The notes under the pieces: generated by a model
Told to the model about the DNA's origin: nothing
Database searches by the model: none
What the model saw: only the letters and a program-made list of their open reading frames with translations
Shown here: positions 36,073 to 45,418 of the stretch, piece by piece
Position numbering within the stretch: the first letter of the stretch is position 1
Layout: every line of letters begins with the position of its first letter
Source: Armatimonadota bacterium
Lineage (GTDB): Bacteria; Sysuimicrobiota; Sysuimicrobiia; Sysuimicrobiales; Humicultoraceae
Reading direction: 5' to 3'
Length of the DNA: 60,195 nt
Assembly: GCA_052386995.1 (NCBI GenBank)
Contig: JBQTJP010000107.1
Location: 1 to 60,195 of the forward strand
Position numbers and translations under genes: made by a program

Positions 36073-37566
36073 ATGAGCATTCGCGCGCGCGCAGCCGCGG
36101 TCATCGCGGTCGTATGCCTCGTGGCGGCGCCGGCCGCCGCGCAGATCTTCAACGACATGACCAATCATCCGGCCCGGCGAGCCGCGGAGCGTCTGGCGGC
36201 CAAGGGCATCGTCGTCCGCCTTCCCGACGGCCGGCTGGCACCGGACGAGCCGCTGACCCGGCTGGACATGGCGCAGTTCCTCGGCCGGATGGTCGGCATT
36301 CCGTCGGGCGGCAGGCAACCCGACTTCCGAGACATCGACCAAATTCCCCCGGCCGATCGCGCGGCCGTCGCCGCGGCTACAACGCTCGGCACGGTCTCGG
36401 CCCGGAAGGTAGAAATAAAGAAGGGCAGCGTCGTCTACACGCTGTCGACGAACAAAGCCTCCTACTCGCCAACTGAAGAGATCGAGCTTACCCTGACCAT
36501 TGCCAATGTGGGGCCCGGCCGCGAGACCGAGATGATGAGCGGGGAGCGGGGGCGCCACCGCATCAAGCTCAGCGAGCGCGATGGGCTCAAAGTCGGCTAT
36601 GAGGGCGAACTGTACGTCGAGAACCGGACGCAGCAGGGTGTCACACGCGATCTTGTCGCCCGGGTCCGGATCGTTGAAGTGAAGGCCGATGGTTCGACCG
36701 TCGAGGTCGTCGATGAGGGCAAGGTCGCGCCGAAGGCCGGTCTGAAGGTCTTCTGGCTGCAGGACGCCTGGTTCGAGTACGCGACGACCCAGTTCCACGA
36801 CTTCGTCATCCGGGACATAGAGGGCAACGAGATCGCCCGGTGGTCGCTGAACCGCCCGTTCCAGCCAAACGAACGCCCGCTCCCCCTGGCCGCCAACCAG
36901 ACGCTGTCGTATCAGACGCGGTGGAAGCAGCTCGATCAGAATGACCAGCCGGTGAAGCCCGGCCGGTACGAGCTCGTGGGCATGCACACGACAAAGGAGA
37001 ATCAGACGGTCGTGGTGATCGGGTTTCAGCGCGGGCTGATCCCGATCTTTCCCGACAACACGTTCCGGCCCCGCCAGCCGATCACACGGGGCGACCTCGC
37101 GGCGTTCGCCGTTCGCGGGCTCGGTCTGGAGGCCGACGCGCTTCGCAAAGCCAACGACCCGCTGCAAGTCGCCGACGCGCGCGACATCCCTGCGGAGATC
37201 CGGCCGCACATCGTGCTGGCCATCGAGCGGAAGCTGGTGGTTCCGCTGGCGGACAACACGTTCAGACCCGGGCGGACCGCGACCCGAGGCGAGGCCATCG
37301 TCACCCTCAACGCCATGATGGAGGCGCAGGGCCGCTACGATTACACGACGGCGACGCTGCGGGAGGTCCGCGGCGGGCCGCCTCCGGTGGTCGTGGTTGA
37401 AGACAGCAACAGGCAGATCCGTTCGCACCGCGTCGCGGTCGTCAGCGCCGTTTACCGCAATGACAACCCGGTCCTCCTGCTGCAGCTGCGGCCCGGCGAC
37501 CAGCTCAAGATGCTGAAGCCCACCGACGCCGGTGAGGCCATCTATATCGAAGCCACAGGGCGGTGA
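36073..37566 (+). CDS. secreted SLH-domain protein with a BsuPI-like (intracellular proteinase inhibitor fold) central domain
   Basis: GAAGGAGG SD. Signal peptide MSIRARAAAVIAVVCLVAAPAAA. SLH-like segments (FNDMTNHPARRAAERLAAKGIV; FPDNTFRPRQPITRGDLAAFAV; LADNTFRPGRTATRGEAIVTL). The central segment YSPTEEIELTLTIANVGP...FHDFVIRDIEGNEIARWS...LAANQTLSYQTRW...VKPGRYELVG resembles BsuPI. Confidence 0.8.
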   Translation: MSIRARAAAVIAVVCLVAAPAAAQIFNDMTNHPARRAAERLAAKGIVVRLPDGRLAPDEPLTRLDMAQFLGRMVGIPSGGRQPDFRDIDQIPPADRAAVAAATTLGTVSARKVEIKKGSVVYTLSTNKASYSPTEEIELTLTIANVGPGRETEMMSGERGRHRIKLSERDGLKVGYEGELYVENRTQQGVTRDLVARVRIVEVKADGSTVEVVDEGKVAPKAGLKVFWLQDAWFEYATTQFHDFVIRDIEGNEIARWSLNRPFQPNERPLPLAANQTLSYQTRWKQLDQNDQPVKPGRYELVGMHTTKENQTVVVIGFQRGLIPIFPDNTFRPRQPITRGDLAAFAVRGLGLEADALRKANDPLQVADARDIPAEIRPHIVLAIERKLVVPLADNTFRPGRTATRGEAIVTLNAMMEAQGRYDYTTATLREVRGGPPPVVVVEDSNRQIRSHRVAVVSAVYRNDNPVLLLQLRPGDQLKMLKPTDAGEAIYIEATGR

Positions 37567-37571
37567 GGACC

Positions 37572-38243
37572 ATGCAGTTCTTTCTTGATACGGGAAGCGT
37601 GGAAGAGATCCGCACGGCACATTCGTGGGGCATCCTCGACGGCGTGACGACGAACCCGACGCTCGTGAGCAAAGAAGGGAAGGACCACCGGGCCTTGATC
37701 GAAGAGATCACAAGTTTTGTCAAAGGGCCGGTCAGCGTCGAGACGACGACGGTAGACGCCGAGGGCATGATTCGCGAGGGCGAGCAGTTTGCCACCTGGG
37801 CGCCCAATGTGTTCGTGAAGGTGCCGATCACACCCGAGGGCCTCAAAGCGCTGAAGGCGCTCCGGGCCAAGAATATTCGGGTGAACGTCACCCTGGTATT
37901 CTCGCTGCCGCAGGCGCTGCTGGCCGCCAAGGGCGGCGCCTCGTTCGTCAGCCCCTTCGTCGGGCGCCTGGATGACGCCGGCATGGACGGCATGCAGGTG
38001 GTGCGCGACATCTGCGCGGCCTTCCGCAACTATTCGTTCGAGGCGAAGGTCCTGGCGTCCAGCCTGCGGCACCCGGTCCATGTGGTCGAGGCGGCGCTTG
38101 CCGGTGCCGACATTGTCACGATGCCGTTCAAGGTCATGGAGCAGCTCTTCAAGCACCCGCTCACCGACATCGGGTTGGACCGGTTCCTCGCCGACGCCCG
38201 CCGATTGAAAGCCGACCTCGAAGCCCGGAAATCTCGGGTCTAG
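37572..38243 (+). CDS. tal: short-type transaldolase / fructose-6-phosphate aldolase family protein
   Basis: MQFFLDTGSVEEIRTAHSWGILDGVTTNPTL..., Schiff-base lysine context FVKVPIT, and SPFVGRLDD. 223 aa from ATG 37572. Confidence 0.93.
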   Translation: MQFFLDTGSVEEIRTAHSWGILDGVTTNPTLVSKEGKDHRALIEEITSFVKGPVSVETTTVDAEGMIREGEQFATWAPNVFVKVPITPEGLKALKALRAKNIRVNVTLVFSLPQALLAAKGGASFVSPFVGRLDDAGMDGMQVVRDICAAFRNYSFEAKVLASSLRHPVHVVEAALAGADIVTMPFKVMEQLFKHPLTDIGLDRFLADARRLKADLEARKSRV

Positions 38244-38273
38244 TCGGGTATACACCAGAGAGGTGGATCTGCT

Positions 38274-39536
38274 GTGCCGATAGCTGAGTTAGAGTCCAAA
38301 ACCCTCAATGAGCTCCAGGACCTTGCCAAAGAGCTCAACATCGCCAACTTTCGCCGCTTCAGGAAGCAGGAGTTGATCATGCGGGTGCTCCAGAAGCAGA
38401 CCGAAGCCGCCGGCCTCGAGATCCGCGCCGGGATCCTCGAGATCATGCCGGAAGGCTACGGGTTCCTGCGCACCAACGGCTACCTGCCGGGGAGCGAGGA
38501 CATCTACGTTTCGCCCTCGCAGATCAAGCGCTTTGGTCTGCGGGTCGGGGACGAGGTGCTCGGCCAGGTCCGGCCCCCCAAAGACAACGAGAAATACTTC
38601 GCGCTGCTCCGGGTAGAGGCGGTCAACGGCCTCGATCCCGAGCAGGCGCGCACGCGCCCTGGGTTCGAGCAACTCACGCCGGTCTTCCCGCACGAACGGA
38701 TCAAACTCGAGCTTCCGGAGTCGGATCCGACCGTGCGAGTCATCGATCTCTTCTCGCCGATCGGCAAGGGCCAGCGGGGGATGATCGTGTCCCCGCCCAA
38801 GGCCGGGAAGACGACGATTCTCAAGAAGATCGGCCAGTCCATTGTCCAGAACCACACCGAGATCTACCTCATGGTATTGCTGCTCGACGAGCGCCCCGAA
38901 GAAGTCACCGATATGCGCCGCTCGGTCGAGGCGGAGGTCGTCGCCAGCACCTTCGACCGGGCGCCGGAAGAGCATATCCAGGTCGCGGATCTGGTGCTCG
39001 AGCGCGCCAAGCGTCTGGTCGAGGGAGGACGGGATGTCGTCATCCTGCTCGACAGCCTGACGCGTTTCTCGCGGGCCAACAACCTGGTCATCCCGCCATC
39101 TGGCCGCACGCTGTCCGGCGGTCTCGATCCCGCGGCCCTGCACCGCCCCAAGCGGTTCTTCGGCGCAGCCCGCAAGATCGAGGAGGGCGGCAGCCTCACC
39201 ATCATCGCCACCGCCCTGATCGATACAGGCAGCCGGATGGACGATGTGATCTATGAAGAGTTCAAGGGCACGGGCAACATGGAGATGCACCTGAACCGGA
39301 AGCTCCAGGAGCGCCGGACCTTCCCGGCCATCGACATCAAGATGTCCAGCACGCGACGGGAAGAGTTGCTGCTCACCGACGAGGAGTTGCGCAAGGTCTG
39401 GGTCCTGCGCAAGAGTCTGGAACAGCTCGACACAGTGGCCATGACCGAACTCATCCTGGATCGACTGCGCAAGACGGCCAATAACGTCGCATTCCTGCGC
39501 TCGATCGTCAAGAGTTCGGAGGAGAACGGGGCGTAG
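38274..39536 (+). CDS. rho: transcription termination factor Rho
   Basis: 420 aa. N-terminal [13 protein letters not shown], the RNA-binding domain [14 protein letters not shown], Walker A PPKAGKTT, and [13 protein letters not shown]. Confidence 0.97.
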   Translation: MPIAELESKTLNELQDLAKELNIANFRRFRKQELIMRVLQKQTEAAGLEIRAGILEIMPEGYGFLRTNGYLPGSEDIYVSPSQIKRFGLRVGDEVLGQVRPPKDNEKYFALLRVEAVNGLDPEQARTRPGFEQLTPVFPHERIKLELPESDPTVRVIDLFSPIGKGQRGMIVSPPKAGKTTILKKIGQSIVQNHTEIYLMVLLLDERPEEVTDMRRSVEAEVVASTFDRAPEEHIQVADLVLERAKRLVEGGRDVVILLDSLTRFSRANNLVIPPSGRTLSGGLDPAALHRPKRFFGAARKIEEGGSLTIIATALIDTGSRMDDVIYEEFKGTGNMEMHLNRKLQERRTFPAIDIKMSSTRREELLLTDEELRKVWVLRKSLEQLDTVAMTELILDRLRKTANNVAFLRSIVKSSEENGA

Positions 39537-39751
39537 TACAAATTTTCGTCGAGCAGAACGGACGATCGGCAGGAACGAACGTACTGGTGTCGAACCCGAC
39601 GATCGTCTCTCGACGCTGACGCTTTCAGGGATTCCGCATCGCACGGCACGCACGCAGCCCGCGCGTGTGTGAAAATATGCACGCTTGAAGCGACCGACCC
39701 TGCAGCCGACGCCGGTGGCTGTTGCCGACTCGGACCTGGACGGAGGTTCGT

Positions 39752-40888
39752 GTGCGCAGAGCGGCCGTACCAATCGCGTTTCTGGCGTCGTACACACTCA
39801 TTGCTCCCTTTGGGGCGGCCGTGATGTCGTCAGCATCAACGCCGGCGCCTCTGGCGCCGGCCGCGGCCCGGCCGGCACTTCGCATTGCCGCGATTGTCCC
39901 GTCCCCAGAGGTAGCCCTCCAGCAGATTGCCAGGAGTCGCCTGGGAGCGCGAGCGGCGCGGACTCACATGGCAACCAGCAAAAGTGCGGTGACGCAGCCC
40001 GCGGTCGCCGGGGACACCGCGTGGGGGGTTGCGCGCCAATACGGCGCGCTTTTGGAATCGCGGGCGGAGTCCAATCGGCTGAGCGTCCTTTCTTCTCTCC
40101 GCGTGCAATGGGTTGCGGCAGCACCGCCGCGCCAGGAGACCCCCGCTTCCGTCAAGACCGCGGCTACTCCGCCAGCCCTAGTCCCTCTCGCAAAGACGGC
40201 CGCGCAGCCTGGAGTGGCTGACGTACAGCCTGCAAAGACGTCGGTCCAGCCCGCCGGGCCCGCGTCCCGGCGGGCCGATCCGGCCGGCGCCACCGTGGCG
40301 CACGTCGTGGCTCCGGGCGAAACCCCCTGGAAGATTGCCGCGGCGTACGGCGTGCGGGTCGAGGACGTGCTCACGCACAATGGTCTGCGCGAGGGCGATG
40401 TGATCAAACCCGGCCGGCGCCTGATGATCCCAACGCGTCCGACCGCGCCTGTGCCTGAGCCGGGTAATGTGGAAGCCCGAAAGGGCGCGGTAAAGCCTCC
40501 GGCCCAGGTGGGGCCCGACCGCGTGTTCTTGTGGCCGACGCGCGGCATCATCACGTCCCGGTTCGGCTGGCGGCGGTACCGACGCCACCACGAAGGCATC
40601 GACCTGGCCTCGCCGCACGGTACGCCGATCTACGCGACGCGCGACGGGATCGTCGAGTACTCGGGAGTGAGGAACGGCTACGGTCAGGTCGTCTATGTCG
40701 ATCATGGCGGCGGCCTGGTGACAGTCTACGGCCACGCTTCTGAGCTTCTTGTTGCTGCCGGCCAGCGGGTCAAGCGGGGCCAGATGATCGCCCGCGTCGG
40801 CTGCACCGGAGTCTGCACCGGCGCGCACGTGCATTTCGAAGTCCGCATCAACGGCGTCGCCGTGAACCCGCTGCAGTACCTCCGCTAG
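39752..40888 (+). CDS. LysM-domain M23-family peptidoglycan metalloendopeptidase
   Basis: GTG 39752 follows a GGAGG SD (spacing 5). N-terminal hydrophobic segment. Two LysM-like modules (VAGDTAWGVARQYG...; VAPGETPWKIAAAYGVRVEDVLTHNGL). M23 motifs HEGIDLA and GCTGVCTGAHVHFEV. Confidence 0.88.
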   Translation: MRRAAVPIAFLASYTLIAPFGAAVMSSASTPAPLAPAAARPALRIAAIVPSPEVALQQIARSRLGARAARTHMATSKSAVTQPAVAGDTAWGVARQYGALLESRAESNRLSVLSSLRVQWVAAAPPRQETPASVKTAATPPALVPLAKTAAQPGVADVQPAKTSVQPAGPASRRADPAGATVAHVVAPGETPWKIAAAYGVRVEDVLTHNGLREGDVIKPGRRLMIPTRPTAPVPEPGNVEARKGAVKPPAQVGPDRVFLWPTRGIITSRFGWRRYRRHHEGIDLASPHGTPIYATRDGIVEYSGVRNGYGQVVYVDHGGGLVTVYGHASELLVAAGQRVKRGQMIARVGCTGVCTGAHVHFEVRINGVAVNPLQYLR

Positions 40889-40927
40889 AGGCCCGGGCAC
40901 CACACTCTACCGTCAGCGTCGCGGCTC

Positions 40928-40936
40928 TGCTATAAT
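40928..40936 (+). promoter_or_regulatory. extended -10 promoter element (TGcTATAAT) upstream of rpmE
   Basis: ctcTGCTATAATcgcg, about 50 nt upstream of the rpmE ATG 40987. Confidence 0.45.
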
Positions 40937-40986
40937 CGCGCTTGCTGTCGCATTGTCATTGTCCACGCATCGATGAGGAGAGGGTC

Positions 40987-41190
40987 ATGAAGTCGGGCAT
41001 TCACCCAGAGTACCACCAGGCGCGTGTCATCTGCGCATGCGGCGAGACGTTTGTGACCGGATCCACCAAAAAGGACATTCGCGTCGAGATCTGTTCCAAA
41101 TGCCATCCGTTCTACACGGGGCAGCGCAAGTTCGTCGACGCGGAGGGGCGCGTCCAGAAGTTCGCGCGCAAGTACGGCCTCAAAGTCTAG
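40987..41190 (+). CDS. rpmE: 50S ribosomal protein L31 (zinc-ribbon, Cys-containing type)
   Basis: 67 aa. [58 protein letters not shown]. Confidence 0.96.
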   Translation: MKSGIHPEYHQARVICACGETFVTGSTKKDIRVEICSKCHPFYTGQRKFVDAEGRVQKFARKYGLKV

Positions 41191-42365
41191 CCGTCGCCCG
41201 TTCGCTGGTCCGCCGTTCGACGATCCTCGTTGCCGTCGCCAGCGCCATCGCCGCCGGTACTCCGGCCGCGTACGCGGGGCAGTCCAGTGCGCCCACCGTG
41301 GCGCCCTGGCAGGCCCTCACAGGGTCTCGGACGGCCGTCTACGTCATCCCAGAGACTCGTGGGGCTGCGGACGCCGGGGCCGTGGTCGCGCGTCTCGATG
41401 AGTTCCTCATGCTCATCAACCGCGACAGCGGTCTGGACGCCCCCGGCCTGCTGATCTACCCGCTCTATCCATCGGCCGCGCAGTTTCGAGAGGACTGGTG
41501 GCGGTTCGCGACACTTCGTGACGTGGTCCACGGGTGGGGAACGATCTATACTGGGGACCCTGCTGCGATTTCACCGTATCAGATCGCGCGTGCCGTCGCG
41601 CTCCAGCGCCAGGGACAAGGGATTCCCATGCTCACCTGGGGTCTGGCGGATCTCATCGCCGACCGCCTGGCCGGCGTCGACAGCCATGTGCATGCGCGGT
41701 TGTTCATGGATCGCGGCGGGCTGCCGCCAATCGAGTCAATCGTCCATCAACTGGATTTCAGCCGTTCTCTGCCGGCATCGTACGTCCAGAGCGTGTCGTT
41801 CCTCGCGTTCCTCGCCGAGGCGCGCGATCTGCGGGTCGTTGTCACGTTCGCCGAGGCCGTCGGTCGCCGCTGGTATGATTTCGGCTCGATCTTCGAACGA
41901 CACTTCGGCATGCCGCTGCCTGAGGCCGAGAAACGCTGGCGGGCGCGCCTGGAGCACGTGGCTGCGCCGAGTGTGACGGACACAGAGTTCTCCGACTACC
42001 GCCGCGCGGCCGAGCTCATTTACCGGACGACGCTTGCCCGCACGCCCGGAGGCCTGGTCTCACGTCCCGGCGGCGCGGAGGCGTACGTGGAAGGGTTGCG
42101 GGCTGCCGACGCGCTGCGCAGGTTCGATCTGACCGCCGCGGTGCGCGCGGAGCGTGCCGCACGCCGGGCACACGAGGTGGTCGAGCGCGGGACCGCGCGG
42201 ACGCGCCTGGGGCTCCAGGCGGCGCTGTGGGGGCTCGCCGTCGTCCCCATCCTCCTTGCCGTGCTCCTGCTCGCGGGTCCCGCCCTTCGCAGCGCGCTGC
42301 ACGACCGCCGCGAGCGGCGCCGGCGCGCGGCGGAACGCGCGAGGAGAGTGCAGGGAGGCGCCTGA
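41100..42365 (+). CDS. hypothetical exported / C-terminally membrane-anchored protein; start uncertain
   Basis: Signal-peptide-like [23 protein letters not shown]|G, a C-terminal TM ([20 protein letters not shown]) and an Arg-rich tail. The only canonical in-frame start upstream of the signal peptide is ATG 41100, inside rpmE. CTG 41205 would give a textbook 24-aa signal peptide. Confidence 0.55.
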   Translation: MPSVLHGAAQVRRRGGARPEVRAQVRPQSLAVARSLVRRSTILVAVASAIAAGTPAAYAGQSSAPTVAPWQALTGSRTAVYVIPETRGAADAGAVVARLDEFLMLINRDSGLDAPGLLIYPLYPSAAQFREDWWRFATLRDVVHGWGTIYTGDPAAISPYQIARAVALQRQGQGIPMLTWGLADLIADRLAGVDSHVHARLFMDRGGLPPIESIVHQLDFSRSLPASYVQSVSFLAFLAEARDLRVVVTFAEAVGRRWYDFGSIFERHFGMPLPEAEKRWRARLEHVAAPSVTDTEFSDYRRAAELIYRTTLARTPGGLVSRPGGAEAYVEGLRAADALRRFDLTAAVRAERAARRAHEVVERGTARTRLGLQAALWGLAVVPILLAVLLLAGPALRSALHDRRERRRRAAERARRVQGGA

Positions 42366-42408
42366 TGAATCGTCCTGGAACGGCGAGCGAAGGCCTCCGG
42401 GACGCCGG

Positions 42409-42417
42409 TGCTATAAT
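42409..42417 (+). promoter_or_regulatory. extended -10 promoter element (TGcTATAAT) upstream of prfA
   Basis: ccggTGCTATAATcgg, in the 70-nt gap before prfA. It shares the core GCTATAATCG with the rpmE element. Confidence 0.4.
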
Positions 42418-42434
42418 CGGGGCGGTGATTCTGC

Positions 42435-43514
42435 GTGGATCAGAGCATGCGCGCGCGGCTGGAGGCGATGGAGGCCCGTTATGAGGCCGTGGCGGCGGCG
42501 CTGGCCGACCCGGCGATCTTTGGGGACCAATCACGCTATCAACAGACCGCGCGCGAACACAGCGAGCTCGAGCTCCCGGTTTCGCGCTTCCGCGTCTACC
42601 GCGATACCGAGCGGCAGGCGGGCGAGGCCGAGGCGATGGCGCGCGACGAGTCCGATGTGGAGCTGCGCGCGCTCGCGCGCAGCGAAGCAACCCGGTTGCG
42701 CGAGCGCCTGAGCGAACTCGAGGCCGAGCTCCGCACGCTGCTGCTGCCGCGCGACCCGTTCGCCGACCGGAACATCATCGTCGAGATCCGGGCCGGCACT
42801 GGCGGCGATGAGGCCGGGTTGTTCGCCGGCGAGCTCTTCCGCATGTACGCGCGCTACGCCGAACGCCGCCGCTGGAAGTCCGAGGTGCTGTCCGCGAATC
42901 CCACCGGCATCGGCGGATTCAAAGAGATCATCTTTGGGATCAGCGGGCGCGGCGCGTACAGCCGCCTGAAGTATGAGAGCGGGGTCCATCGCGTCCAGCG
43001 TGTCCCGGTGACCGAATCGTCTGGGCGAATCCATACGTCCACCGCGACCGTCGCGGTGCTCCCTGAGGCGGAAGAGGTGGAGGTCGCGATCCGCCCCGAT
43101 GAGATCGAGATCGAGACATACCGTGCCGGCGGCGCCGGCGGCCAGAACGTCAACAAGGTCGAGACCGCGGTGCGTATCAGGCACACGCCGACCGGGATCG
43201 TCGTCGCCTGCCAGGACGAGCGCTCGCAGTTCCAGAACCGCGAGAAGGCGATGCGGATTCTCCGCGCGCACCTGCTGGAGCGGGCCGAGCGCGAGCAGGC
43301 CGAGGCGATCGCCAAGCAGCGCCGGGCGCAGGTGGGGACCGCCGAGCGCAGCGAGAAGATCCGCACGTACAACTTTCCACAGAACCGTGTCACCGATCAC
43401 CGCATCGGCCACAGCGTGCACCAGATCGCGACCGTCCTTGACGGAGACCTCGACGAGTTCATTGACGCGCTGACCGCGGCCGAACAGGCCGCCCAGCTCG
43501 CCGCGGTCGAGTGA
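42435..43514 (+). CDS. prfA: peptide chain release factor 1
   Basis: 359 aa. PxT-type recognition region and the GGQ motif ([18 protein letters not shown]). ATG 42447 is an alternative start. Confidence 0.96.
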   Translation: MDQSMRARLEAMEARYEAVAAALADPAIFGDQSRYQQTAREHSELELPVSRFRVYRDTERQAGEAEAMARDESDVELRALARSEATRLRERLSELEAELRTLLLPRDPFADRNIIVEIRAGTGGDEAGLFAGELFRMYARYAERRRWKSEVLSANPTGIGGFKEIIFGISGRGAYSRLKYESGVHRVQRVPVTESSGRIHTSTATVAVLPEAEEVEVAIRPDEIEIETYRAGGAGGQNVNKVETAVRIRHTPTGIVVACQDERSQFQNREKAMRILRAHLLERAEREQAEAIAKQRRAQVGTAERSEKIRTYNFPQNRVTDHRIGHSVHQIATVLDGDLDEFIDALTAAEQAAQLAAVE

Positions 43515-44386
43515 CCGTCGCCGAGGCCTGGCACGCCGGGCGCGAGCACCTGGCGGCGGCGGGTATCGAAGAGGCGGCCATCTCCGCCGAGGTCCTCCTC
43601 CGGCACACTCTCGGATTGAACCGCACGGACCTGTATCTCGCCTGGGACCGTCCCGTCGCACCCGAGGCGTGGGCGCGATACCAGGCCCTTCTGGCCGACC
43701 GAGTGCGCGGCCGGCCCGTGGCCTACATCGTCGGTCACAGAGAGTTCATGGGGCTGGATTTCCTGGTCGACGAGCGGGTCTTGATCCCCAGGCCCGAGAC
43801 CGAGGTGCTCGTCGCTGCGGTGCTCGAAGCCGTGGCCGCCATCCCCTCGCCCGTCATCGCGGACGTCGGCACCGGCAGCGGCGCGATCGCCGTCAGCGTC
43901 GCGGTGCTGCGCGGGGACGCTACGGTCCTCGCGGTTGACATCTCCACCGATGCACTGGAGGTTGCCCGCGCCAATGCCACCCGCCACGCCGTGTCCGGCC
44001 GGTTGCGCTTCCTCAAAGGGGATCTTCTGGCGCCGGTCGCCGCGGCTGTCCACGCCGGTGGTTTTCACCTCGACGTGCTCGCCTGCAATCCGCCCTACGT
44101 CGCCGCCGAGTCGGCTGCCTCATTACCGGTGGAGATTCGCGACTTTGAGCCGTCGGTGGCCGTGCTCACCCGGGGCGGCGCCGAGCGGTTTCACGGCAGG
44201 CTGATCGATGGCGCGCCGGCGCTGCTGCGCCCCGGCGGGTGGCTCATGATGGAAGTCTCAGCAGGCCAGGCGCCGCGTGTGGTCGAACTCTTGCGCCGGG
44301 CGGACGTCTACGAGGCCGCGCACACCCGCAAAGATGGCCTGGGCTGGGACCGTGTTGTCGGGGCGCGATTGAAGAGCGCATCCTGA
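43511..44386 (+). CDS. prmC: release-factor glutamine N5-methyltransferase
   Basis: The GTG overlaps the prfA stop (GTGA). SAM motif [12 protein letters not shown] and catalytic NPPY (ACNPPYV). Confidence 0.93.
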   Translation: MTVAEAWHAGREHLAAAGIEEAAISAEVLLRHTLGLNRTDLYLAWDRPVAPEAWARYQALLADRVRGRPVAYIVGHREFMGLDFLVDERVLIPRPETEVLVAAVLEAVAAIPSPVIADVGTGSGAIAVSVAVLRGDATVLAVDISTDALEVARANATRHAVSGRLRFLKGDLLAPVAAAVHAGGFHLDVLACNPPYVAAESAASLPVEIRDFEPSVAVLTRGGAERFHGRLIDGAPALLRPGGWLMMEVSAGQAPRVVELLRRADVYEAAHTRKDGLGWDRVVGARLKSAS

Positions 44387-44413
44387 AGGCCACTGGCGTC
44401 CGCAGGGGGACCG

Positions 44414-44848
44414 GTGAGTTACTATAGTCTTTCGTTCTATTCTGCGCCGCACGAACCGGCGCCGGTCTCGATCATCCGCGTCGATCCCGCGGAAACGACG
44501 GCGCCGCGCAAAGCCGTTGAGGTCTTGCGGTCCGGCGGGCTGCTGGCCTTTCCCACGACCGAGGGGTATGTGGTGGGTTGCTCGGCGATCGATCCCGAGG
44601 CCGTGAGGCGCCTCTGTGTGGCGACCGGTGCGGCGCCCGAAACGCTGCAGCGGCTCGACGACTCTCGCGACCCCATCCCCGTGACGCTCATGCGCGACGC
44701 CGACACGCCGATCGTGGCCACGCCGCCGCGGCCCGGAGCCCCGCCGGTCCCCACGGCGCAGCACGTGGTCTTTATCCTGGGCGACAAAGTTGACGTTGTG
44801 CTGGATGCCGGGCCCGTGCACCGCAGAGCGCCAGTGGCGGCGAGGTAG
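44414..44848 (+). CDS. short, degenerate YrdC/TsaC-like (threonylcarbamoyl-AMP synthase fold) protein, possibly non-functional
   Basis: 144 aa in the position held by ywlC/tsaC in Bacillus-type synteny. AVEVLRSGGLLAFPTTEGYVVGCSA matches the YrdC start. The K-x-R motif region reads VATGAAPETL, about 50-70 central residues are missing, and the C-terminus (VATPPRPG...DVVLDAGP) only loosely matches ATSAN.SG...D.ilDgG. Confidence 0.55.
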   Translation: MSYYSLSFYSAPHEPAPVSIIRVDPAETTAPRKAVEVLRSGGLLAFPTTEGYVVGCSAIDPEAVRRLCVATGAAPETLQRLDDSRDPIPVTLMRDADTPIVATPPRPGAPPVPTAQHVVFILGDKVDVVLDAGPVHRRAPVAAR

Positions 44849-44852
44849 AGCG

Positions 44853-45302
44853 ATGCGGATCTGCGTCGGAGGAGACCACGCGGGGGTAATCCTCAAGGCC
44901 GAGATTGCGCGCCTGCTCCTCGAGATGGGGCACGAGGTGCGCGACCTCGGCACGAACTCCCCTCAACCTGTAGACTACCCGGATTTCTGCATCGCCGTGG
45001 CCGAGGCAGTCTCACGCGGTGAGGCCGAGCGCGGCATGATCTTCGGCGGCACCGGCAACGGCGAGTCGATGGCGGCCAACAAAGTGCTCGGCATTCGCTG
45101 CGCCGTCGTGCACGACGTGACGACCGCCCGCCTGGCGCGGTATCACAACGACGCGAACATGATCGCGCTCGGCGCGCGGATCGTCGGCGCCGAGGTCGCC
45201 AAGGAGATCGTGCGGACGTTCCTCACGACGCCCTTTGAGGGCGGCCGGCATATCCCGCGGGTGGAGAAGATCTCAAAATACGAACGGGAGCATCGAAAGT
45301 AG
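44853..45302 (+). CDS. rpiB: ribose-5-phosphate isomerase B
   Basis: 149 aa. MRICVGGDHAGVILKAEI..., GMIFGGTGNGESMAANK, and NDANMIALGARIVG. Confidence 0.94.
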   Translation: MRICVGGDHAGVILKAEIARLLLEMGHEVRDLGTNSPQPVDYPDFCIAVAEAVSRGEAERGMIFGGTGNGESMAANKVLGIRCAVVHDVTTARLARYHNDANMIALGARIVGAEVAKEIVRTFLTTPFEGGRHIPRVEKISKYEREHRK

Positions 45303-45418
45303 CACGCGCGTTGATAGTGCGAGTGCCATATGAGGATTTGGGACCGCCTCCGAAAATGATTCGCTGAATAGAACCTGCCACTAGGCTTCTCCTCCTGACG
45401 TTGCGGCGCGAGAGGACT

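Noticed and set aside
35971-37620. 549-aa minus-strand ORF, longer than the plus-strand SLH gene it overlaps
   Set aside because: It has Arg/Asp/Leu/Gly-rich composition, no SD and no motifs. The plus-strand frame has an SD, a signal peptide and SLH/BsuPI-like modules.
39537-39751. Possible ncRNA or terminator in the 215-nt gap after rho
   Set aside because: Only a short 8-bp pairing (gacgatcg/cgatcgtc) with a loop of about 27 nt is present. There is no U-tract and no recognisable RNA family features.
38289-39797. 502-aa minus-strand ORF
   Set aside because: It is antisense to rho.
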